Shown here: in pieces, positions 33,037 to 44,411 of the stretch
Position numbering within the stretch: the first letter of the stretch is position 1
Layout of the letters: the number at the start of each line of letters is the position of its first letter
NCBI GenBank assembly: GCA_026023565.1
Contig: JAPETS010000081.1
Span: 1-44,411 of the forward strand
DNA length: 44,411 bases
Direction: 5' to 3'
Source of the DNA: Cirrosporium novae-zelandiae
Taxonomy: Eukaryota
Made by a program: the position numbers and the translations under genes
Notes under the pieces: generated by a model
What the model was told of the DNA's origin: nothing
Databases searched by the model: none
Seen by the model: only the letters and a program-made list of their open reading frames with translations

Positions 33037-36000
33037 ATCAACACGAGGCGGCAACTACTGCAAAGCCAGTCACATCGAAATCAAACAAACAAAATCAAAG
33101 GAAGAGAATTACACAGCCATGATGAAGAATGCTCAATGCTTTTAAAGTAATTAACAAGATTCGGAACTGCATGGAATAAATGCTTTCATCCTGTCATGGA
33201 CAAGTAAATACAACGAGGTGAGATTCCCAGGGAAATTACAGTTGATGTAAGTGATGGTCCACGGAAAGAAAATAACTTGACACCAAAATTGATGGTGAAG
33301 TGATTTGATAAGAGGAATAACGTGGTGGACGGGGGGGGAAGGGGGGTCTCGATGTGTGACTCCGGGGGCTGTTCAGGTAAGCAAAAGCTTAGAAAGGCTT
33401 AGAATCTTAGAATGGTCAGCTTGGCAATTCCCAAGGCATTCTTCTTGAATAGTACGAGTAGTAAAGTGTACCCCCCCCCCCCCCCAAATATCATCTTTTA
33501 TTCATCTTAATAACCTTTGATTACCCTCAGCATATCTCCTGTGTCAAAGATACATTGGCACCTAGCCCAGTCTTTATGTTATTATGTTATAATTATCTGA
33601 TGATTATTATTAAGACCGAGGATACCTTTGAAAAATTGGGTCCATCGTTTTCGATAAAGAGATTCTCTCACATCTTACTCTCTGCATCCTGGATAGACCT
33701 GAGAATGATCATTACCTCAGCCCTGAACAATTGTTACCTTAAAATTGAAGGTTCAAGTGGAGCTACAGAAATGCTTTGCTTGGATGCTGGTCCTTGATTG
33801 TATCCCCTCTTCTTCATAAAGAATCTGTGGCTTACCGAGAAATCGCACCTCGTATCTGCAATGACTTCCCGGCGGTTGATGTTGCTCATGCAGCTCATGT
33901 ATCACCAATTCTCTGCATCACGATGCCGATGCACAGGTCAATTCTTCAGGCCATGACTGTGCTGCATGCAAGTCCCCATCTGGAACTTTGGGACTTTAAG
34001 TCGGCGTCCTGTGTGTGGTACCCCAAAAAGAATCAAGATGAAATGTCATGAAAGCTAGAGGGTTTACAATGAATTTCAGCTGGCCTTGGCTAAGTAAAGA
34101 GGGATTTCCTATTCCTAAAGGATCCGATTGTTGCTTATGATTCTTTGATCTTGTCGTCGTCTCATATTTGTTAATCTAATAATGACGAGGCTGTGGCTAA
34201 GGTGAAAAGATTAAAACCAAGCCACTTGGAGTCATCTGAAACATGGATATAGTAAATAATCTTTTTTGACGTGGAGAATGCCCCAGAATTTGAACTTAAC
34301 AATTGATCAAGGGCCGTGATCAAAGTGGTTTGTGAAGTTTTTATTATTATTGAAGGGATGCAAAGAATATACGGTGTATGGGATGAAGGATATGGATACT
34401 CTACTTGGGTATATACCAAGAGTGGACCATGAGTTGTGTGAGTTATATCCGTCCATGTCATGGATAGGAATTACTGCCATGTTCCTTGTAATGATCAGTG
34501 ATTTTCTCACAGATAAAATGTCATTCAAGGTTTGGTTTTAACTATAGTCTACAAATGTCGAGGGATCTTGAAAGATCTTGGCTTGACAGAAGGGCAAATT
34601 GGCAGGCAATGACAGTTGGGGTCGTCGCGGCGATTGCACGACTGCACGTACACCATGATGACGATAGAAAAGAACTGGCTTTTGTTTTGGCAAGAAGAAA
34701 TTATGGAAACAAGGAAAGCGCCAGGCACAAGTTTCCAGGCACAGACATTTTCCGTCGCTCCAATGGCCCGAAAATGGACCCGAAAAATTGGTTACCTGAG
34801 AATTGTGAAGAAGCTACTCGGAGTACTTGATATAGTTAGGTTAGTCTAATGGGAAGCTCGGCTAGATCCTTGAAATGATCCTTGAAGGTATCACCAAGAA
34901 GGGTTTAGCGAGGCCGGCAATGACATCCTTGTGGCATTAGACCTCGTCGCACCACAAAAGCCCACAACTTCCAGTTTTCAGGGGCCCCCCTTGAACCGAC
35001 TTTGCCTGAATCCATCAACTCGCCGAAGCTGTGGTGCGTGCAGCCTTCCATTAATTAGTTCCTTGATTAGTTCTTTATTGCTCTTCACCCTTTTTGCGCG
35101 CCGCAGCCCCCCCCCCACTCCCGCCAGGGGCCGCGGCGAGGGGCTGAAGCCTGAAGGTCTTCTCCTATCTTTACACGCCCCTCAAAGCCCAAAATCCCAA
35201 GGCCCAAGGACCCAACCCAATCCCAATGTGTCGTTGCTGTGCAAGAGGCGTATGTCTGCCATAATGCAATCCCTCTATAGCCCTGGTCTCACACATGGCC
35301 TCTCGATTCCCGTATCCCAACGCAGTGACCAACACCTAAGCCCAGGGACAAATGATTTTGCCAGTCAATTGATTCCCTTCATTGACCTGCTTCGCCTGCT
35401 TTGAGGTTGAGAGATGGAATAACGGAATCCTTAATGCCCGAGACGTGCAGAGATTTCCCGGTTTTTCCATTGAATCAAAAAAAAAGGTGTTGATTGATGC
35501 AGTTAATTGGTTCCCCTGGTGTTGTGGCTCAAACGTATCCCCTTGCTAATTCATTCATCCTCGGGTCACAGTCCTCTCTTAATCAGTGCCCACTGCCCTG
35601 CCAGTCCACTTTAGATAACAAAGCAACCTGTACTTCTTAACTCCTCAGAAGTATTTGTCTCCTTTCATTTTCCTGCTGGATAACCCCATAGCATGATGTT
35701 TTCGGGGAATGGATATCTTTAATCCATAATCCTTAATCATAATCCTCTCATCTCCCCCAAAGCCTAAAGCGGTAATAGGTGTAACGGTTTGCAATTTGGA
35801 TGAGACTAAAGGTGAACTATCTTTTATCCAGTCAAAGGACACAGAGTGTACCTTGGGTAATAGTTGAAAATCGATTATCCTTTTCTCCGCTTTGCCCAAC
35901 CTTCGAGAGGTTTCTAGGAAGTTGAAAAAGTCAAGTCACCTTAATCCAAATTGAAGTTGGGATTAAACCGGAAAAGTCGTTTATACGCGGAAAGGTGATC

Positions 36001-36075
36001 CGTACCCGGAACCGCTTCAAATCCAAGGCACGCTAAGCATTCAACCTTGCTATTCTTGGTCTCGTCCGTTCCAGT

Positions 36076-36135
36076 TAGGTACCACTAGGTATAACTAGAT
36101 ATAACTAGGTATAACTTGGGATAACCAGGTATAAC
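36076..36135. repeat. 10-bp minisatellite, 6 units (TAGGTATAAC consensus)
   Basis: taggtaccac/taggtataac/tagatataac/taggtataac/ttgggataac/caggtataac. Confidence 0.9.
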
Positions 36136-36782
36136 AAATCTTCTCTTCTCTGCTTATTGAATTTGCCTGACCTGTTCTAACTTTCAACGGCTCCAGTTCT
36201 TTTTTATTTCATCCAACTTGGAATAGTCGAGGAATAGCCTGTTGCTTCCAGTCCTTCCAGAGCCGACCGCTGAGCACGGTCGAAGAGTTTGTCGGGACAG
36301 CCTCATCTCAGCGATCTGCGACGATCTCTTTCACTCCTTCGAATCGTTGTCTTCATCCTCTTTCTCATCCCATTGATTGGAGATTTCTGTCTTGTCAACT
36401 ACACTTCCTGGTCTTTTCTGCCCCCAGGTCTGAGGTCTGTCATTTGTACTCTACTGGAAATTTGTCAAACCTATCTGCAACACCCGCCTCGAGGAGATAC
36501 TCCGCTTTCAACACCACACCTTCGTTCAAGCTTTTTCTTGCAGGGTCAAAGATAATTCTTCATCCAAGAGACCCCATTGACATCTCACCGACAGGGGATT
36601 ATTCAGTCATTTGTCCAAACCGTTTTTTTTTATTTGGACCTGCCTCGACGGCCTTTCGTTTGACCTCATTTCTATCGAACGCTTTTCAAACCTTTCCAAA
36701 AAAGAATATCACTTGCTCAGGCAAATTACATTCGTTTAACCCATCAAATCAATCCTCTCAAATACACCTTTGGATCATACTG

Positions 36783-36852
36783 GTAAGTTGTGTTGGTGGC
36801 TCATCTGGGATAAGCATGCCTCCTGTTAGATCTTGCTGACAATCACCCTCAG
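36783..36852 (+). other. 5'-UTR intron of the 1263-aa gene
   Basis: GTAAGT donor, GCTGAC branch site, CAG acceptor; a second CAG at 36861-36863 arises from a short duplication of ACCCTCAGT. Confidence 0.7.
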
Positions 36853-37039
36853 TTGACCCTCAGTCCTCATATCTCTCAATCACAAGGAATCCTACAGCCC
36901 ATTACGATTACACAACATTCGTTCCATATGCTTACTTTAAACCGTTAATACCTATTACTCAATACTATTTACGCCCCTAACGTGAACCCAAATATAATCC
37001 AGACTCGATAGGGTTTCTAATATCTAAAACGCCTTCAAG

Positions 37040-40000
37040 ATGAATCGATTCCGAACCAAGAAGAGGACGGAAAGGAAGGTCGAGGTGAAGAAGAAGCAGC
37101 AGCAGCAGCCAGAAGTTGATCTATCCCAGGCCTTGCCCTCAACAGATGACTTTCGGACAAGTTTACTTATGCCAAACCTGTCTGCAAGATTCAGCATGCT
37201 GAGAGAACAGGATGACCCAATGTCAAAGCTAGGTAAGGCCAATGATGACAGCGTCTTATTTCCTAAACGAGCATCGCGGCTTAATCTGTTTGGCAACCTC
37301 GGCGACATCGCAGAGGTCTCGTCAATCACTAGCTCCGTGAGACCACCAACTGGATCTGACAGGGTTGATTCTTTTGTTTCAGTAGATGGTTATCCAACAG
37401 ATGACGATTCTTCTCACAATGGTAGCGTCATGGCAAGAGCAAGACCTGGAGAAGGCAATAATCTATTTGGTGGACGACAAAAGATCTATAAGATACGAGA
37501 CGGTAGTGCAACTACCGCTAACTTGCTTACTATGCCATCGGAGAGAAAAGATTCTATCTCAGGAATGTCCGGTAGAGCTGTCTATGACCATGATGTCGGC
37601 TTATCTGCTTTCCAGCTCTATAAACAAAAGGAACGCGAAGAACGTGAGCGTCTTGAGCAGGATGAACAGGAGAAATCCGAAGAAGCAGAAAAGGCTTCTA
37701 ATCCAAACTGGCCGCTTCCCAACCGATCACCATCACCACAACTTCCTGGATACAACACGGATCGCGAGACATCTTCATCAACAATGTCCGGCCCCTATAC
37801 CAGTCGTACATCGACAGCAGCTACATCCATAGCTTCACAAAGTGCTGTTCAGCTAACGCTAAAAACAAAATCTAGTGGCGAGTTAACGCCCGCCATTCCT
37901 GAGAGCACGCCTGGCGGATTTCAGTCTCCTCACTTGGAGAGAACGTTGACAAAGTCTAGGAGGATGTACGGTCAAGTTCTTGACCAGGAGATGGCTGACC
38001 AGCAGAACTCGGCTATTGGCAGACTGAACTCCTTGCAGCGACAGCGTGCTCTTTCGAAAACCCAGACCCCCACCACCCCAATATTGATGCAATCTAAAAG
38101 CGCAACAAACCTCAGCGATCGGTTCCGACAAAAGCCATTCTATACATCGTTACGAAACAATAGTCCGACCTCGAGAGATTCACCACCACTTGCCACCTCG
38201 ACCAGTCTTGGTGGATTCAATCTCGGCCTCGATGAGCCGAAACCAAGTGACACAACCCCATTGAGGTTTGGCCAAGATATGCCTCTCAGCCCTCCTATCA
38301 GCGAGGCCGAGGATATAAAAACTTCGTTGAAAGTTGACAACCCCACCACCCCTTCTACGGGATCTCCACTGAAAGAGACAGCCCGGTTTGATGAGGACGT
38401 CCAGCCGCAAGAGGAACGTGAACTTCCAGTGAGCCGAGAGGTCACACCTTCAGTTCCAAAAATCGATGTGCCTGTGCCATTAGCACGTAATCTAACCGAT
38501 GTAAAGCCACCATCTCCTCTCAGACTTTCTCCACGTCGACCACAGATCTCTGTGGAAACGAATGCATTACCAAGTGGAATGCCTCAGATTCCATTGCCAA
38601 GTATCCCGAAAAAGAGTTCCGCAAGGGAAGAACTCCCATCTGGGGGGACATTCCTTGGTGAAACTGACTCCGGCTCATCAGCCAACAGTGATGAAGAAAG
38701 AGAACAGAAGCCTTCACTGAAACAGAATGACACACCTTCTGAAAACAAGACCACACCTCAACCCCCTCTAGGTGGCTTTGACTTTGGAGAGGCAGTATCG
38801 AAACCTCGAATTCATGTTGCTGAAACTGCTGAAAGTGATGACATGTCTGTCTATGACGATGAACCTGATGAAGAACCCGAAGCAGGCGCTCAAGGGAGTC
38901 AATATAGGGGTGACGACTTTGGCATGGATTCTCCAACCCTCGGACCCGAACCAGGCCTTAGCGGTCTCATTCGAAGTCATTTGAGGCAGGACAGCGATCT
39001 ATCTTCTATTTATCCCCCATCTCCAGAGATACGACCAAGGTTACCGCAATCACGAGATGTGTCTCCTATGGATAGCGGAAGGCTTTTCGATCCGCCTGCT
39101 AGTGTACACAGTAATCCTTGGGAGTTTGATGATTTTGATGGTGCCTACGGACCTGAAAAGGTCGCACCAAAGAGCCAGACTCCCCCTGAACCATCGGCAA
39201 TGCCTCCAGCCATCCCATCAATGGTGTCTCAACAAATTCTCGAGCGAGCCATGGCTCTTCGAGAACAAAATGAGAATTCAACTAAATCTGCCTCGGTTCG
39301 CGATTACGAGTCGCCTCTTCCGAGCCCAGCATTTCATGCCTCGGGGATCCAGGCTGAGATTAGAGCATCCCATTCCAGGGGTCCCAGCATTGATACTCAA
39401 ATTGAACGAGAAGAGTTTGAGAGCGAACTCGCTGAGCGAAAGAGACAGGTACAAGAAAAGCTACGGAATCACGCCGAGAGCCACAGCCGTTCGACCAGTC
39501 CGATTCCGAGTTTACGCAAGGCTACTGGACTTTTCAAATCAAGAAATAATCAAAATGGACCCGACAAGACCTCGAAGGCCATGAAAATGTTTGGACTGTC
39601 AAGCAGCGGTAGAGCATCTCCTCGACAAGAAATGTGGAAAGACGAAGAGGAGAGAATGACCCAGGACTTTCATCGACGCCCAAGGAATGCGTCGGTTTCC
39701 CGCTTAAATCGACCAGCCCTCGATACGCGCTCGCCGACGCCGTTGCAACTGTTCCAACCAAGGGATGAGGATGATCAACGAAGCATTGCTCCTTCCCTTA
39801 GATCGGTTAGAACCGCCCCCCTCCCTCGTCCCTCCGACAATCAGTACCAGCAGCCAATTGGCATGGCTCGTCCTCGAGAAAGCGAAGACAACAGAAGTGT
39901 TGCACATTCGATTCAATCCTCTGCCCCATCCAGTAGCGGTTCGAGACGCGATCGGTCAAGCTCGGAACTCTCAGGTGGAAGATCTAGAAGTCGAACAAGG

Positions 40001-40831
40001 CCTTACCGAGAAGAAATGGAGAGAGGAATGGAAAATGGACCCCGTATGTATGGCCGATATACCCCTGATGAACCTCCCCGCGGACAACTTCCAGCGATTC
40101 CCGGTAGGCCTTCCATGGATCCTGTTAACAGCAAGCCCGATTCGAGGTCTTCGTCAGCCATGTCCGGAAGATATAGGAGCAATAGCAAATCTGGTCCGGT
40201 CTATTTCGACAAATCCGGTTATCCGATTCAGCATCCCAGCTCGGCAACGTTGCCCCCGAGAAACTCCCCCATGACACCCTATTCCGCCAACTCCACCCCG
40301 CCGATCATGGAAGATTCGTCGGGTCCATCAGCAGATCCACTTCCCCAAGCCTTTCCCAACGGTGGTAACTTCCAGTATACTAGAAAAAGGTCCGTGAAAA
40401 AGTCTCAGATTTCTGAACCTACATTTGTCTCATCTACCTCCAGTGTAAATCTAGTTGGTCTTCCTGCCGGTGCCAGCCTTTCCAACGGGCGCGATCATCG
40501 TGATGTGTCCCCTCCAATTCCTCCCATGAACCCTAGAAGACGGATGACCCAGGCCAACAAGTCGATGTACGGGGGTATGCCCAGCAGCAGGGGGGCTCCA
40601 TCTCCAGCCCCCTACGACTACTCAATGCACCCAATGCAAGAACGAAGCGTCTGGTCGGAAGACGAAACTCAAGCTCGATCCAGATCTCAATCGCGAACAC
40701 GTTTACGGAAAATGCCAAGTGAAGGAGGGAATCTTCATGCAAAAAGCAGGCAGCGTGCTATGAACGGTCGCCAGTCTCCAGCCATGCCTCACATACCGTC
40801 GAATGTACGACTTGAAGGTGGCATGTTCTAA
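37040..40831 (+). CDS. Conserved Pezizomycotina protein of unknown function, 1263 aa, largely disordered
   Basis: Long single-exon ORF. N-terminal block MNRFRTKK...LPSTDDFRTSLLMPNLSARFSMLREQDDP..KLGKANDDSVL, plus RARPGEGNNLFGGRQKIYKI, RKRSVKKSQISEPTFVSSTS and a terminal GGMF, which I recognise from filamentous-fungal hypothetical proteins. Confidence 0.92.
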   Translation: MNRFRTKKRTERKVEVKKKQQQQPEVDLSQALPSTDDFRTSLLMPNLSARFSMLREQDDPMSKLGKANDDSVLFPKRASRLNLFGNLGDIAEVSSITSSVRPPTGSDRVDSFVSVDGYPTDDDSSHNGSVMARARPGEGNNLFGGRQKIYKIRDGSATTANLLTMPSERKDSISGMSGRAVYDHDVGLSAFQLYKQKEREERERLEQDEQEKSEEAEKASNPNWPLPNRSPSPQLPGYNTDRETSSSTMSGPYTSRTSTAATSIASQSAVQLTLKTKSSGELTPAIPESTPGGFQSPHLERTLTKSRRMYGQVLDQEMADQQNSAIGRLNSLQRQRALSKTQTPTTPILMQSKSATNLSDRFRQKPFYTSLRNNSPTSRDSPPLATSTSLGGFNLGLDEPKPSDTTPLRFGQDMPLSPPISEAEDIKTSLKVDNPTTPSTGSPLKETARFDEDVQPQEERELPVSREVTPSVPKIDVPVPLARNLTDVKPPSPLRLSPRRPQISVETNALPSGMPQIPLPSIPKKSSAREELPSGGTFLGETDSGSSANSDEEREQKPSLKQNDTPSENKTTPQPPLGGFDFGEAVSKPRIHVAETAESDDMSVYDDEPDEEPEAGAQGSQYRGDDFGMDSPTLGPEPGLSGLIRSHLRQDSDLSSIYPPSPEIRPRLPQSRDVSPMDSGRLFDPPASVHSNPWEFDDFDGAYGPEKVAPKSQTPPEPSAMPPAIPSMVSQQILERAMALREQNENSTKSASVRDYESPLPSPAFHASGIQAEIRASHSRGPSIDTQIEREEFESELAERKRQVQEKLRNHAESHSRSTSPIPSLRKATGLFKSRNNQNGPDKTSKAMKMFGLSSSGRASPRQEMWKDEEERMTQDFHRRPRNASVSRLNRPALDTRSPTPLQLFQPRDEDDQRSIAPSLRSVRTAPLPRPSDNQYQQPIGMARPRESEDNRSVAHSIQSSAPSSSGSRRDRSSSELSGGRSRSRTRPYREEMERGMENGPRMYGRYTPDEPPRGQLPAIPGRPSMDPVNSKPDSRSSSAMSGRYRSNSKSGPVYFDKSGYPIQHPSSATLPPRNSPMTPYSANSTPPIMEDSSGPSADPLPQAFPNGGNFQYTRKRSVKKSQISEPTFVSSTSSVNLVGLPAGASLSNGRDHRDVSPPIPPMNPRRRMTQANKSMYGGMPSSRGAPSPAPYDYSMHPMQERSVWSEDETQARSRSQSRTRLRKMPSEGGNLHAKSRQRAMNGRQSPAMPHIPSNVRLEGGMF

Positions 40832-41562
40832 ATTTTTTAATTGATTGTACGCAAAAGAGATACCTTTGTACTGTTTGTTTTCATTACTTTTTTATCTTAT
40901 CAACGGCCGTCTACTCAAACGATCCTAGATCGCATTTGGACAGGAAAAGGAACTGGTTAGGGAATTTAATGTCTGGTGACGTATAGCGGATCCCAAAGGC
41001 ATTTCGGTGCAATCTTTCTCCATGGACGTCTCTTTGGGTGTTGTTATTGGGCCATTAAAGCGAGTTGGGTGCCTTGGGCCTCAATACTTCCCTCAACAAG
41101 CTGGTCTAGGCGGGGAGAGTAATGATGTGGTGTTTTTTTCTGGGTGGCAGGTATATCCAGGTTTAGTGTATCAATATGCCTAGTAACTTTTAGAGTAGAC
41201 TATTCTGCTCGAGAAATGAGATTATCAAACTCTAGTTCTTGTTAGCACAATACAGTAATTTTAACTATTTACAATTGGAATGAATATAGGATGTAGGGGG
41301 CAGTGAAGATGTAGGTGGCAGTGTAGATCTCTGAATAGAATAGCAGGATAAGAGGATCTGAGGAGAAGATAGGATTGTAGGTGGATGAAGGTGGGTGATG
41401 GAGTTATAACCGAACTTCACCTATGGTCTATTTCACTTGCCGCAGTATCATTTCCACCTTGAACCTCCGCTGCTAGAAATTTTGACTACATGCTCGATAC
41501 CGAGGAGCTTTGACGGTTCCAACTCTCCCCTCCTGGGTCTTAATTGAGACTCACCAAGCAAC

Positions 41563-42975
41563 ATGTCGTCTGCAAAGATGTCCCCGGCGGCCTCTTTGCT
41601 GCGGAATTCCCGGGTCTTCTCTTTACCACCTCCCTTGCCTCGATCAGGTCACGATTTGGGCATGGCAGTATATGCGTCTGATACAGCCACGCTACCTTAT
41701 CCCACCCACGCTGCAATTGAAACAACCCCATCCTCCCTCGCACGAGGTGATTGGGGCCTCAAGCGTAATCTCCCCCTCAGATCCACCACCCGAACCACTA
41801 CACCTGTTCTCCGCATCAAGGGCATCGACACCAACCAGCACATAACGGAATTCGAATCTGCCGCCGATCACGTCCTGACACTACAAAAATTCCAACAACT
41901 CAACATTCCCATCTCAATTCCACCGCGGTCCTCTATGAGGAGAGAGACTCTCCGTAGTGTCTTTGACGACGAATTCGACCCCGCCAATCCCGACCCAACA
42001 GACATGAACCAAAAGAGGTGGAAATTCAAAGGTCCGTGGCTGGCAGCCAAAGATGAAGGAGGATTTCAACATTATATCCAACGCACAATCCGGCGCAAGC
42101 GTCCCGAGTTCCGGGCGTTCCTCCGTCAGCACCTCGCACAGGTGCGGTATACAGAAGCACGAATGAAGGCCACGAACCGCGGCAGACAGCTTCCATCCGA
42201 ATCAGACTTCAACCCCGCTCTGATCACCGACGCAGAGCTAAGATCCTACATCCGAGAGCTCCGGCAGCAAACTAAGGAACGCTCAAACATACATGCATCC
42301 CCACTCGACTTTATCATCTTCAAATTCCTCGACCTCCCAACCCACCCGTCGGCATCCCTCTTCTCGGAAACGGGACCCCCACCATCCCACCCCTCCGGAG
42401 GCCTCTCGTACCTCCGCACCTCCTCCATCATAACAAACCACCCCCTCCTCGGCCCACAGGAGCAGCCCCCTCCAGTCCCCGCTATCGTGCTCAAACCCTC
42501 CCGAGGTCAAAACGGATACCTCGACAGTCCTGCACTAGGCGTCGCAGGCGTGGCGGTCGAATTCCGCAAACGCGACCTCAGACAAGTCCCAACATTCAAA
42601 GACCAGGACCTCACCTCCTTCAACAACCGCGACATCGGCGTGGGCGACACAGTCTACGTCCAACCGCTATCCGCACACATCGACAACGAAGGCCGCATAC
42701 GCATGGACATCGACCTCGCATCCCAGGATACCATCGCCATCGCCCAGGGCAATATCGAAAAACCCCCGGCGGCGACCTGGTCGTGGTCCAGGAATGGCAA
42801 CAGCTATCCGTATATCAAGCCTCTAGATCAGAAAAGAAGCATGAGCGATAGCGAGCGCGTCATGGAGAATTCTATGAAGGGGTTGAAAAAGGCCTCGGGA
42901 TCCCCCAATGTGAATAAGACGATTTCGTCTATGATCACCCAGTTTAAGGATAGGCAGAAGTATAAACCTCAGTGA
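41563..42975 (+). CDS. MRP51: Mitochondrial small-subunit ribosomal protein Mrp51 (bS1m), 470 aa
   Basis: Arg/Ser-rich presequence (SPAASLLRNSRVFSLP), TATLPYPTHAAIETTPSSLARGDWGLKRNLP, ITEFESAADH..TLQKFQQL, RWKFKGPWLA, GPPPSHPSGGLSY. Confidence 0.88.
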   Translation: MSSAKMSPAASLLRNSRVFSLPPPLPRSGHDLGMAVYASDTATLPYPTHAAIETTPSSLARGDWGLKRNLPLRSTTRTTTPVLRIKGIDTNQHITEFESAADHVLTLQKFQQLNIPISIPPRSSMRRETLRSVFDDEFDPANPDPTDMNQKRWKFKGPWLAAKDEGGFQHYIQRTIRRKRPEFRAFLRQHLAQVRYTEARMKATNRGRQLPSESDFNPALITDAELRSYIRELRQQTKERSNIHASPLDFIIFKFLDLPTHPSASLFSETGPPPSHPSGGLSYLRTSSIITNHPLLGPQEQPPPVPAIVLKPSRGQNGYLDSPALGVAGVAVEFRKRDLRQVPTFKDQDLTSFNNRDIGVGDTVYVQPLSAHIDNEGRIRMDIDLASQDTIAIAQGNIEKPPAATWSWSRNGNSYPYIKPLDQKRSMSDSERVMENSMKGLKKASGSPNVNKTISSMITQFKDRQKYKPQ

Positions 42976-44284
42976 GAGGGTGTTGACGAGGTGGATTCAG
43001 GCCCAGGAAACTGGAATAGAGATACTATATTTCGGATCTTAGTGGCCATGAAGTGCGTATCTACCTACTAAGTAACTATCCCACAAGCGAATGAATGGAC
43101 TACCTAGGGTAGTTAGATGCGGGCTTCTATATAATTAGTTGTACATGTACCTGTACAATACAATACCAGCTACTTTTGCAAGTAACTTTGCCTCCAGTTC
43201 TAATCTACTGATACTTTACTTGTACTTTTCTCCAGGATATACAGGTATTATTCCGCCTATACACACTTTCCTATTCCTCCTTTTTATTCTTCCTCCTCTC
43301 CCTTCCCTTCCCTTCCCTACTTCCCTCACCAACCCACCAACCCACCTAAATAACCAAAACCAACCAACCTCTTACTTCTTACAATCTAATCCCAAACCAC
43401 TAATTTCTTTTTCTAGTAATTTCATTTTTTCCTCCGACTCCCCATTTCAATTTCAATCTCTGTCGATATTTTATTTTTCTATTTTGTTTGTCGTAAGTAA
43501 TAATACCATAGTACTGTATTATATATATATATATATATTAACTAAGATCTATAAATTTCCCACCGATGCACATCCTCTCATTCTCAGTCTCATTCATTCA
43601 TTCATTCTTTTCCTCTCCCCTTTTTTTTTATATCCTACGTAAACTCCTACCCTCTTCCATACCACCGTGTATATATATTCCCCCCTCTTCCCCTCCCTAT
43701 CCCACCACAACCAACCAGCCCCAACTCCTTGTCTGTCCATAATAAAAACCCACTTCCATTTCTACTTCTCCCAATCCAAATAAATCCCCACCTCCCACCT
43801 GTCAAAGATTAGGCTCCGATAGGTGTAGGCAGCGCGGTACGGGTGCGTTGCTTACTTGATTGCGTGTAGAGTAGTAGTATCTCAATAATAATACAAAGAC
43901 TGAAAGCTAGCCTTTCCTATTCTCCTCCTCCTTTCTCTCTCTCGATATATAAAGCCCTTGTTTTATTTTGCGATATGTTATCCTTTATCGGCGCCACGTA
44001 GCGCCACTTTCCCGCCTACGTTCCGCCTTCGGTCCCTAGGCCTAGAGCCTGGTCTTGATGCTCTACTTCTTCTTCCTTCCTTTGTGACATCACCTCCCCC
44101 CCCCCTCCCCCGAGCTCTCCACGTGTTTAACTACCTAACCACCCATTCCAAATCCATACTCCATATATATATACATTTTCTTTTTTCAGCTATACTTCAA
44201 TAGCGGGTAGTGTAATGAATAATCCCCCTGTAGGTGGTTTTGGAAGTTGTGTAGCCCGTTGTTTTGTGTAGCTGTTGGATTGGG

Positions 44285-44411
44285 TTGTTGGATTGTTGGA
44301 TTGTTGGATTGTTGGATTGTTGGATTGTTGGATTGTTGGATTGTTGGATTGTTGGATTGTTGGATTGTTGGATTGTTGGATTGTTGGATTGTTGGATTGT
44401 TGGATTGTTGG
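44285..44411. repeat. (TTGTTGGA)n octamer tandem repeat, about 16 units, running to the window end
   Basis: Perfect repeat read directly. Confidence 0.97.

Noticed and set aside
34931..35404. 157-codon ORF
   Set aside because: GTG start, crosses a poly-C/GC-rich tract, no motifs; more like regulatory DNA
37024..40742. Many antisense and alternate-frame ORFs within the 1263-aa gene (likewise in ACMSD, ALDH, GH131, MRP51)
   Set aside because: Shadow ORFs of real coding sequence with no independent motifs
43139..43642. 167-codon hydrophobic ORF
   Set aside because: Product of pyrimidine-rich, low-complexity sequence downstream of MRP51

Overview
Eukaryotic DNA from a filamentous ascomycete (Pezizomycotina): short spliceosomal introns with CTRAC branch sites, dispersed 5S rRNA genes and microsatellite-rich intergenic DNA. 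Exon structures were reconstructed by hand. Genes in order: a DUF8035-type Arg/Pro/Glu-rich protein, a secreted GH131 glucanase, an orphan 410-aa ORF, an EXPERA (TMEM97/EMA19-like) membrane protein and a 5S rRNA gene. Next comes a 3-hydroxyanthranilate meta-cleavage cluster (ACMSD, 3-HAA dioxygenase, a DUF1275 membrane protein, 2-aminomuconate-semialdehyde dehydrogenase). After it lie a hidden two-exon gene for a 97-aa secreted 10-cysteine protein, a decayed sugar-porter pseudogene interrupted by a second 5S gene, and a third 5S gene of a different sequence type. The remainder holds a GNAT acetyltransferase, a glutathione-independent formaldehyde dehydrogenase-like enzyme, about 7 kb of gene-poor DNA with probable gene relics, a 1263-aa conserved fungal protein and mitochondrial ribosomal MRP51. 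Best leads: the cryptic cysteine-rich peptide gene, the 5S insertion into a transporter gene, and a duplicated hairpin element with a compensatory change. All family assignments come from motif recognition, not database searches.
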